Notes under the pieces: generated by a model
What the model saw: only the letters and a program-made list of their open reading frames with translations
What the model was told of the DNA's origin: nothing
Databases searched by the model: none
Assembly: GCA_026162565.1 (NCBI GenBank)
Contig: JAOEIQ010000005.1
Coordinates: forward strand, 226,624-258,623
Source of the DNA: Flavobacteriaceae bacterium NBU2973
Lineage (GTDB): Bacteria; Bacteroidota; Bacteroidia; Flavobacteriales; Flavobacteriaceae
DNA: 32,000 nt
Reading direction: 5' to 3'
Shown: positions 16,046-23,228 of the stretch, piece after piece
How positions within the stretch are numbered: position 1 is the first letter of the stretch
Layout: every line of letters begins with the position of its first letter
Translations under genes and position numbers: made by a program

Positions 16046-16661
16046 TTTCTTTTTTGAAGCTTATCAACAAACTCCAACACATCAGATAATTTTAGAAGCA
16101 ATTGCTTTTGTATTTGGTATTGCTAGTGTTTGGTACGCTAAAAAAGAGAATATTTTAGTCTATCCAACAGGAATAGTTTGTACTGTAATTACTGTTTATT
16201 TATTATGGATAAATGAATATTTTGGAGACATGATGATGAATTTTTATTATTCAGTAATGAGTGTTTATGGATGGTGGAATTGGTCGCGCAAAAAAAATGA
16301 CAAGTATATTGTGCCTATTTCTAGAACCAACTCAAGAGAAAAAATTATAGGCTTTAGTTTATTTTTGGCTACAATGCTAGTTACTTATTTAGTATATAAA
16401 GCAAATGATTATGATATTCAAACTGTAAACTATATTGATATTTTTACATCCGGAATTTTCTTTACAGCAATGTGGTTCATGGCTAATAAAAAATTAGAAA
16501 ACTGGACCTTATGGATTTTCGCAGATTTAATTACCATACCTTTATATGCCTATAGAGGATTAGGAATGTTATCATTACAATATTTAATTTTCACCATTTT
16601 AGCAATTCAAGGATATATTGCATGGAAGAAACACTTAAACAACAACCTGCAAACTGCATAA
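16029..16661 (+). CDS. pnuC: PnuC-family vitamin transporter (nicotinamide riboside type; thiamine PnuT type not excluded)
   Basis: 210 aa, about 7 TM, conserved Trp cluster SVYGWWNW. Overlaps the upstream gene by 17 nt. Confidence 0.85.
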   Translation: MNQVFDFFFEAYQQTPTHQIILEAIAFVFGIASVWYAKKENILVYPTGIVCTVITVYLLWINEYFGDMMMNFYYSVMSVYGWWNWSRKKNDKYIVPISRTNSREKIIGFSLFLATMLVTYLVYKANDYDIQTVNYIDIFTSGIFFTAMWFMANKKLENWTLWIFADLITIPLYAYRGLGMLSLQYLIFTILAIQGYIAWKKHLNNNLQTA

Positions 16662-17188
16662 AAGTAGTTTTATTTGGACCAGAATCTACTGGTAAAACAA
16701 CCTTATCTAGACAGTTGGCTAGACATTACAATTCAGTTTGGGTACCAGAATATGCGCGCGAATATCTACAAAATAAATGGAATAATGAGCGTAAAACATG
16801 TGAACCAAAAGATTTACTCCCAATTGCTCAAGGACAAATGAAGTTAGAAAATGAATTGGCACAAAAAACAGATACTGTTTTAATTTGCGATACCGATTTA
16901 TTAGAAACTAAAGTATATTCTGAAGCATACTATTCAGGAACTTGCGATCCTCTTCTAGAAAAATACGCTTTAAAAAATACTTATGATTTATACTTTTTAA
17001 CTTATATTGACACACCTTGGGAAGCAGATGATTTAAGAGATAAACCCAATGAAAGAGAACGTATGTTTAATGCTTTTCAAGATGCTTTAATTAAGTACAA
17101 GAGACCTTACGTCTTGTTAAAAGGCAATAAAAAAGAACGTCTCGATATAGCAGTGAGTTATATCGATAAATTATTGAAAAAAAATTAA
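16622..17188 (+). CDS. NadR-type ribosylnicotinamide-kinase-like P-loop ATPase (kinase domain only)
   Basis: 188 aa. Walker A GPESTGKTTL, then VPEYAREY, CDTDLLETKVY, WEADDLRD. It is collinear with the C-terminal RNK domain of NadR, with no HTH or NMNAT domain. Overlaps pnuC by 40 nt. Confidence 0.75.
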   Translation: MEETLKQQPANCIKVVLFGPESTGKTTLSRQLARHYNSVWVPEYAREYLQNKWNNERKTCEPKDLLPIAQGQMKLENELAQKTDTVLICDTDLLETKVYSEAYYSGTCDPLLEKYALKNTYDLYFLTYIDTPWEADDLRDKPNERERMFNAFQDALIKYKRPYVLLKGNKKERLDIAVSYIDKLLKKN

Positions 17189-18744
17189 TGCAATTTTCTG
17201 AAAAAGATATACAACAAATAGAACAAAAAGGATTAACCTTAAAAAAAATTGAAGATCAAATAGATCTTTTTAAAAAAGGAATTCCATTTGTAAATATCAC
17301 AAAAGCAGCTACTATAAATGATGGCATAATAGCTATTCCTGATTCTGAAAAGCAACGCTATATCACTCTATTTGAAGAAAACAGAAATCGATTTAGTTTA
17401 GAAAAGTTTGTACCAGCTTCTGGCGCAGCTACAAGAATGTTTAAATTTTTGTATAGTTTTTTAGAAGATTATAATCCTCAAAAAGGAAGCATTAACTCGT
17501 ACATAAACAAAAATAAAGCAACTAGCATGTCGCTTTTTCAGATTGGACATGAAAAATTGCCATTTTACAATACCGTTCTTGAAAAAGCTAAAGAAATAAA
17601 TCCTGATTACAGCAAACAATCTATCGACTTTAAATACATAACTTTTATTGAAGCGATGCTTGATGCAAAGCATCTTAATTTGGGGAACTCTCCTAAAGGA
17701 TTACTCCCTTTTCATCAATATAAAGGGCATCAAGCTACAGCATTCGAAGAACATTTATTTGAAGCTGCATTATACATTGCCTTTAATAACGAGGCCAACC
17801 TTCATTTCACAATTTCAGAAAAACATAAGCATAAATTTGATGAGGAATTTAAACGAATTGAGGAGATTGTTGAGCGCAAAACCAATACATCGTTTCACAT
17901 TACTTTTTCGTATCAAAAAGAATCAACAGATACTATTGCTGTAACAACTAACAACGAACCTTTTAGAGAACCTGATGGCAGTTTATTATTTAGACCTTCA
18001 GGTCATGGTGCCTTAATTGAAAATTTAAATGATATTCAATCTGATATAATATTTATAAAAAACATTGATAATGTTGTAGTATATAAATATGAAGAAGAGG
18101 TTGCAAAATATAAAAAGCTATTAGCTGGAGTGCTAATAGATATTCAGGAAAAGGCGTTTTATTATTCAAAACTTTTAAATGAAAACAATCAAATTAATGA
18201 ACCCACTATTATTGAAATCGCAGAGTTTTTATCAAATAAAGTTAATGTTGTAATTAGTGATGAGTTTGAAAAGTATGCCCCTAAATATCAAATGGAGTAT
18301 CTAAAAGAAAAATTAGATAGACCAATCCGTGTTTGTGGCATGGTAAAAAATGAAGGCGAACCTGGTGGAGGTCCTTTCTGGGTAAAAGACGAGAGCGGAA
18401 ATACCTCTCTACAAATAGTAGAATCTGCACAAATAGACAAAAAGCAGAAAGGTCAAAAACAAACTTTAAAAAATGCCACTCATTTTAATCCAGTAGATTT
18501 GGTTTGCGGTGTTAAAAATTACAAAGGCGAGAAATATGATTTAACTAAATATGTAGATCCAAAAACGGCCTTTATAACTATGAAAACTAAAACTGGAAAA
18601 GATATAAAAGCTCTGGAGCTTCCTGGTTTATGGAATGGCTCTATGGCAAATTGGAATACTATTTTTGTTGAAGTCCCTTTAATAACATTCAATCCTGTAA
18701 AAACAGTTAACGATCTTTTAAAACCTGCTCATCAAAATTTCTAA
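17188..18744 (+). CDS. DUF4301-family protein with UDP-sugar pyrophosphorylase-like motifs
   Basis: 518 aa. PASGAATRMF (Gly-rich loop), RPSGHGALIENLN, and 17 aa later IFIKNIDNVV. This mirrors the UDPGP family pattern GGLGTSMG ... PGHGD ... NIDNL. The start overlaps the upstream stop (TAATG). Confidence 0.6.
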   Translation: MQFSEKDIQQIEQKGLTLKKIEDQIDLFKKGIPFVNITKAATINDGIIAIPDSEKQRYITLFEENRNRFSLEKFVPASGAATRMFKFLYSFLEDYNPQKGSINSYINKNKATSMSLFQIGHEKLPFYNTVLEKAKEINPDYSKQSIDFKYITFIEAMLDAKHLNLGNSPKGLLPFHQYKGHQATAFEEHLFEAALYIAFNNEANLHFTISEKHKHKFDEEFKRIEEIVERKTNTSFHITFSYQKESTDTIAVTTNNEPFREPDGSLLFRPSGHGALIENLNDIQSDIIFIKNIDNVVVYKYEEEVAKYKKLLAGVLIDIQEKAFYYSKLLNENNQINEPTIIEIAEFLSNKVNVVISDEFEKYAPKYQMEYLKEKLDRPIRVCGMVKNEGEPGGGPFWVKDESGNTSLQIVESAQIDKKQKGQKQTLKNATHFNPVDLVCGVKNYKGEKYDLTKYVDPKTAFITMKTKTGKDIKALELPGLWNGSMANWNTIFVEVPLITFNPVKTVNDLLKPAHQNF

Positions 18745-19151
18745 TGTTTAATGAAGATTCACTTTTAAAAGAGTTAGAGTTTAAAGCTATTAGAAGCTCT
18801 GGTAGTGGCGGACAACATGTAAACAAAGTTTCCTCAAAAATTGAGCTGTATTTTAATATAGAAGAATCACTAGTTTTAAGTTTTGAACAAAAACAGCTTT
18901 TACAATTAAATTTAAAAAGTAAGCTTACAAAAGATTCGATTTTAATTTTACAATGTGACGAAACCAGAAGTCAGCATCGTAATAAAGAGCTTGTAATTAG
19001 ACGGTTCATCAATTTATTAGAGAACAATTTAATTGTTCAAGAAAACCGTAAACCAACAAAAATACCTAAAAGCATTAAACTAAAAAGATTAAAAGCTAAA
19101 CGCTTAGTAGCTGATAAAAAAGCTAACAGAAAAAAACCGCCTTTAGATTAA
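18744..19151 (+). CDS. arfB: Alternative ribosome-rescue factor ArfB (peptidyl-tRNA hydrolase, YaeJ type)
   Basis: 135 aa. GGQ motif in RSSGSGGQHVNKVSSKIEL and a basic C-tail KRLKAKRLVADKKANRKKP. The start overlaps the upstream stop (TAATG). Confidence 0.88.
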   Translation: MFNEDSLLKELEFKAIRSSGSGGQHVNKVSSKIELYFNIEESLVLSFEQKQLLQLNLKSKLTKDSILILQCDETRSQHRNKELVIRRFINLLENNLIVQENRKPTKIPKSIKLKRLKAKRLVADKKANRKKPPLD

Positions 19152-19170
19152 AAAATTCAAATTTCTAATT

Positions 19171-19178
19171 TACCTTTG
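19171..19178 (+). promoter_or_regulatory. -7 box TACCTTTG preceding the TPP riboswitch
   Basis: Matches TAnnTTTG. The predicted start site lies a few nt before the aptamer. Confidence 0.45.
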
Positions 19179-19185
19179 CAACGTT

Positions 19186-19262
19186 CTCATAAAAGGGGTG
19201 CCAATAAAGGCTGAGATCATACCCATTGAACCTAGAACAGGTAATGCTGTTTAGGAAGGCGA
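19186..19262 (+). promoter_or_regulatory. TPP (THI-box) riboswitch aptamer
   Basis: Conserved elements appear in order: GGGGUGC (19195-19201), GGCUGAGA (19209-19216), ACCC (19221-19224), GAACCU (19228-19233), P5 hairpin ACAG-GUAAUG-CUGU (19237-19250), UAGGAAGG (19252-19259). Confidence 0.85.
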
Positions 19263-19428
19263 TAATCGTCATTTATTGATTTTCCAATCTGTACTTTTAC
19301 AGATTTGTCTTCCGAAGCTAAAGGTAAGATAAAGTCGTATAAAGTTTTTTGGAGAACATTTTAAAAATCATTTAAAATAACCAATAGAATAATTCCCCTT
19401 TTTTATTCGATTAAAACTTATAATCGTG

Positions 19429-21645
19429 ATGAAAAAACTATTATTTATTGGAACATTTGCTGCTTCTCTGGTCACAGCAACTGCTCAAGAAGTTGCTCAA
19501 GACTCTACCCAAGTAGAGTCTCTAGATGAAGTACTTGTAAAAGCGGTTCGTGTTAATGCAAGTTCTCCTATTACACACACTAATTTAAAAAAGAAAGATC
19601 TAGAAAAACGAAATCTGGGCCAAGACATTGCTACACAACTTAATTTTTTACCATCTGTAGTTACTACTTCTGATGCAGGAGCAGGAATAGGTTACACAGG
19701 ATTTAGAGTTCGCGGTACTGCAAACCAAGGAATTAATGTAACAATTAATGGAATTCCTTATAATGATGCAGAAAGTGCTACTACATTTTTTGTTAATCTT
19801 CAAGATTTTACCTCATCAGTTGAAAACCTGCAACTTCAAAGAGGTGTAGGAACTTCTACTAATGGTTCAGGAGCATTTGGTGCTAGTTTAAATATTTTGA
19901 CAGATAAAGTCTCTGAACAGTCTTACGCTAACACATCTCACACAATAGGATCGTTTAATACAAGAAGACATAATGTGAAATTTAGCACTGGATTATTGAA
20001 CAATCATTTTGAGTTTTCTGGTCGTTTATCTCAAATCACTTCTGATGGTTATATTGATAGAGCATCTTCTGATTTAAAATCGTATTTCCTTCAAGGTGCT
20101 TATAAAGATGATAATACTTTAATTAAAGCAATACATTTTGCAGGAAGTGAAGTAACATATCAATCTTGGTTTGGAGTAGATCGTGAGACAGCGATTAATT
20201 ATCCTACTTTTAATCCTGCTGGAGCACGCTTTGATGATAATGGTAATCCTGAAGGATTTCACAATAACCAAGTAGATGATTACAAACAAGATCATTATCA
20301 GCTTCATTGGACACAGCGCTACAATAATAATTGGAGTAGTAACTTTAGCTTTAACTATACTTATGGACGTGGTTTTTTTGAAGAATACATTGATGATTGG
20401 TTTTCTCAAAACGTATTGTTTGATGGAGAATCAGAATTAGCTTTCTATGGTTTATCGCCTGTTCAAATTGGTGGTGAGACCATTACCACTTCCGATCTAG
20501 TTAGAAGACGTTGGCTAGATAATGATTTTTATGTGTTTTCTGGAAACTTAAATTACAAAGACGATAAGTTTGATATCACTTCTGGTTTATTTTACAGCAC
20601 ATATGAAGGCGATCACTTTGGTCAAGTTATTTGGTCTCGTTTTGCAAGCGACTCCGAACTAGGAGATCGTTACTATTTTGGAGTAGGAAAGAAAAATGAA
20701 TTTTCAACCTTTGCTAAAGCAGACTATAGATTAAATAATAACTGGCAATTCTATTTAGACCTTCAAGGACGCTTTATTGACTATTCTACTACAGGGCAAA
20801 ATTCTGATGTAGAAGATTTTATTGTTGATGAAACATTTTCGTTTTTTAATCCAAAATTTGGAGTAAGCTACAAGATAAATCAAAATAACCAGTTATATGC
20901 ATCCTTTGCTAGAGCACACAGAGAACCTAACAGAACAGATTTCGAAAATGGCAACCCTAGATCTGAACGACTTGATGATATTGAAATAGGATGGCGACTT
21001 ACTTCAGAAAAAATAGCTTTAAATATCAATGGTTTTTATATGGATTATGAAGATCAGTTAGTTCTCACAGGAGCTTTAGATGGATCTGGAGCACCAATTC
21101 GTGCAAATAGCGGTAGTAGTTACCGATTAGGTATTGAAGTAGATGCAAATGTTGCTCTAACAACTAAATTAAATATTCAACCTAATATTGCATTGAGCAC
21201 AAATAAAAATAGAGATTTCTTTTTTCAACGTGATGGAATACTAGAAAATTTAGGTGAGACAGATATTTCTTTCTCACCAAATGTAATTATTGGAAATACT
21301 ATTTCTTATAGACCAGTTAAAGAATTATATCTAGCATTTTTATCTAAATATGTTGGCGAGCAATATATGGGTAATATTGATAGTGAGACTTCAATTTTAG
21401 AGTCCTTTTTTGTAAATGATTTTAACGCTACTTATAACTGGAATATAAAAGACTCGTTTATAGATGCAATAGACTTTTCTTTATTAGTGAACAATATATT
21501 TAATGAAGACTATATCTCTAATGGTTATTTCTTCACTTTTGATGATGATTTTAGTGCTCCAGGAACTGTTACAACTATTGAAGGCGCAGGATTTTATCCG
21601 CAAGCGACTACTAACTTTTTATTAGGAGCAACTCTAAAGTTTTAG
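19429..21645 (+). CDS. TonB-dependent outer-membrane receptor (thiamine-related by riboswitch context)
   Basis: Signal peptide, plug region (LDEVLVKAVR..ITHTNL), a long beta-barrel, and a terminal LGATLKF. ATG 19429 is preferred over GTG 19426. Confidence 0.88.
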   Translation: MKKLLFIGTFAASLVTATAQEVAQDSTQVESLDEVLVKAVRVNASSPITHTNLKKKDLEKRNLGQDIATQLNFLPSVVTTSDAGAGIGYTGFRVRGTANQGINVTINGIPYNDAESATTFFVNLQDFTSSVENLQLQRGVGTSTNGSGAFGASLNILTDKVSEQSYANTSHTIGSFNTRRHNVKFSTGLLNNHFEFSGRLSQITSDGYIDRASSDLKSYFLQGAYKDDNTLIKAIHFAGSEVTYQSWFGVDRETAINYPTFNPAGARFDDNGNPEGFHNNQVDDYKQDHYQLHWTQRYNNNWSSNFSFNYTYGRGFFEEYIDDWFSQNVLFDGESELAFYGLSPVQIGGETITTSDLVRRRWLDNDFYVFSGNLNYKDDKFDITSGLFYSTYEGDHFGQVIWSRFASDSELGDRYYFGVGKKNEFSTFAKADYRLNNNWQFYLDLQGRFIDYSTTGQNSDVEDFIVDETFSFFNPKFGVSYKINQNNQLYASFARAHREPNRTDFENGNPRSERLDDIEIGWRLTSEKIALNINGFYMDYEDQLVLTGALDGSGAPIRANSGSSYRLGIEVDANVALTTKLNIQPNIALSTNKNRDFFFQRDGILENLGETDISFSPNVIIGNTISYRPVKELYLAFLSKYVGEQYMGNIDSETSILESFFVNDFNATYNWNIKDSFIDAIDFSLLVNNIFNEDYISNGYFFTFDDDFSAPGTVTTIEGAGFYPQATTNFLLGATLKF

Positions 21646-21662
21646 AAAATTTAATTTTAAAG

Positions 21663-21695
21663 AAGGCTTTTAACTCTATGTTAAAGGCCTTTTTT
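21663..21695. terminator. Intrinsic terminator after the TonB-dependent receptor, overlapping the stop of the convergent lipoprotein gene
   Basis: aaggcttttaac / gttaaaggcctt stem with one G-U pair and loop tctat, followed by T5. Confidence 0.7.
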
Positions 21696-22125
21696 AATTA
21701 CTTATAAATAAGAGGTTTCCACTTTGCTCAACACGATAAGCTTTTAAACCACATGATAAACCTTGTGTAAGAGGTAGTCCTGTGTTTAAATCATATTGAT
21801 TTTCATCATCGCAATTACAAGTAACTTGAGTGCCTTGTAAAGTCATTATAGAACAGCTTTGTTGCGCATGACTAGGGTCTGCTCTATCCCAAGCAACAAA
21901 ATTATCTCCAATAGTTCTCATAATAATCAAACCACCATTTCCTTCTCCAGGAACAGGAACAGGATTTTGTACTGATTGTAAATCTAGAAATTGAGGTAAA
22001 CTTAAATTGGCTGTGTAATTCACATTTACATTTAACAGAAATCGACAATTGTTATTATTATCATCATCATTACCTCTACAAGATAATATAGTTATGGCTA
22101 GTATTAAAACTAAAAATCGTTTCAT
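21694..22125 (-). CDS. Small lipoprotein with degenerate Rieske-like pattern
   Basis: 143 aa. Lipobox ILSC. AWDRADPSH...(16 aa)...CNCDDENQYDLNTG parallels the Rieske pattern CxH...CxxHGxxFDxxTG, but with ligand residues replaced. Confidence 0.45.
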   Translation of the reverse strand: MKRFLVLILAITILSCRGNDDDNNNNCRFLLNVNVNYTANLSLPQFLDLQSVQNPVPVPGEGNGGLIIMRTIGDNFVAWDRADPSHAQQSCSIMTLQGTQVTCNCDDENQYDLNTGLPLTQGLSCGLKAYRVEQSGNLLFISN

Positions 22126-22197
22126 TTAAAAGCTGTTTTTACCATTAAAAATAGAATGGCAATTTACAATAAAAAGCATCATGATATAAATATTTTG

Positions 22198-22205
22198 TAT
22201 ATTTG
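22198..22205 (+). promoter_or_regulatory. -7 box TATATTTG upstream of greA
   Basis: Matches TAnnTTTG 82 nt before the greA ATG. No clear -33 element. Confidence 0.35.
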
Positions 22206-22210
22206 TATTG

Positions 22211-22267
22211 GTCTCGTTAAAGCGAGATTTTTTGTATTAATCCCGATCTTGTTTCGGGATATTTTTA
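22211..22267 (+). promoter_or_regulatory. Two terminator-like hairpins in the greA leader
   Basis: The first is gtctcg-ttaaag-cgagat followed by T6 (22211-22233). The second is atcccga-tcttgtt-tcgggat followed by aTTTTTa (22240-22267). Both U-tracts are on the greA strand. Confidence 0.5.
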
Positions 22268-22286
22268 TAATTAAAACGATGAAGTT

Positions 22287-22760
22287 ATGAGTAACGTATC
22301 ATATTACACTGCAGAAGGATTAAAAAAATTAAGAGACGAATTAGCACAACTTAAAGATATTGAAAGACCTAAAGCTTCTCAAGCGATTGCTGATGCTAGA
22401 GACAAAGGAGATTTGAGTGAAAATGCAGAATACGATGCTGCAAAAGAGGCGCAAGGACTATTAGAAATGAAAATCTCAAAACTTGAAGCGACTCTATCAA
22501 CTGCTCGATTAATTGACGAATCCCAATTAGACACTACTAAAGCACTAGTTTTATCAACTGTTAAGATAAAAAATCAAACTAACGGAATGGAAATGAGCTA
22601 TAAGTTAGTAGCAGAAAGTGAAGCTGATTTAGCTTCAGGAAAAATCTCCGTTAACTCACCGATTGGCAAAGGTTTACTCGGTAAAACTGTAGGAGATGTT
22701 GCTGAAATTCAAGTGCCGAATGGTGTTATGAAATTTGATATTATAGAAATTACTCGATAA
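22287..22760 (+). CDS. greA: Transcription elongation factor GreA
   Basis: 157 aa. YYTAEGLKKLRDEL..ARDKGDLSENAEYDAAKEAQ (coiled-coil) plus a C-terminal FKBP-like domain ISVNSPIGKGLLGK. Confidence 0.96.
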   Translation: MSNVSYYTAEGLKKLRDELAQLKDIERPKASQAIADARDKGDLSENAEYDAAKEAQGLLEMKISKLEATLSTARLIDESQLDTTKALVLSTVKIKNQTNGMEMSYKLVAESEADLASGKISVNSPIGKGLLGKTVGDVAEIQVPNGVMKFDIIEITR

Positions 22761-22838
22761 GTTTTTTACAAATAATACCTAAAATGATTACTCCGAAAGT
22801 TGGAATCGTTTATTTTTATATAATCTATCTAAAAGCTA

Positions 22839-23228
22839 ATGGCAACAATTTTCTCAAAAATAATATCTGGAGACATACCTAGTTATAAAGTTGCCGAAAC
22901 TGATGAGTTTTTAGCATTTTTAGATATTAATCCAAATACGAAAGGTCATACACTTTGTATTCCCAAAAAAGAGGTCAATAACCTTTTAGATTTAGATGAA
23001 GACACTTACAATGGACTTATGAGTTTTTCACGTAAAGTCGGACTAGCCATCAGAAAAACTATAGATTGTAAACGCATAGGAATGACAGTTATTGGACTTG
23101 AAGTACCACACGTTCATGTGCATTTAATTCCATTACATTCAATGAATGATGCTCGATTTACTACTAAAGCCTCTCTGACAAAAAAAGAATTTGAAGTTAT
23201 AGCAAAAGCTATTTCTGATAATTTTTAA
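22839..23228 (+). CDS. HIT (histidine triad) family protein
   Basis: 129 aa. IFSKIISGDIPSYKV.. and the triad HVHVHLIP. Confidence 0.92.
   Translation: MATIFSKIISGDIPSYKVAETDEFLAFLDINPNTKGHTLCIPKKEVNNLLDLDEDTYNGLMSFSRKVGLAIRKTIDCKRIGMTVIGLEVPHVHVHLIPLHSMNDARFTTKASLTKKEFEVIAKAISDNF

Noticed and set aside
17461-17944. Two track ORFs (70 aa minus strand, 98 aa plus strand in an alternative frame) inside the DUF4301 gene
   Set aside because: Both overlap the long 518-aa frame that carries ordered conserved motifs. They are AT-rich-genome shadow frames rich in I/F/K/L.
20119-20409. 96-aa minus-strand ORF
   Set aside because: It is antisense to the TonB-dependent receptor barrel.
22156-22290. 44-codon ATG-initiated frame upstream of greA, ending in an ATGA overlap with the greA start
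   Set aside because: It is not called as a gene. It reads through two hairpin elements and the best -7 box, and its sequence looks like a translated repeat (GLVKARFF, LIPILFRD). I kept it as a caveat in the greA-leader finding.
23225-23228. Convergent HIT and OmpA-family genes share overlapping stop codons (TTAA) with no terminator between them
   Set aside because: This is real but trivial gene packing, and no structure or motif is associated with it.
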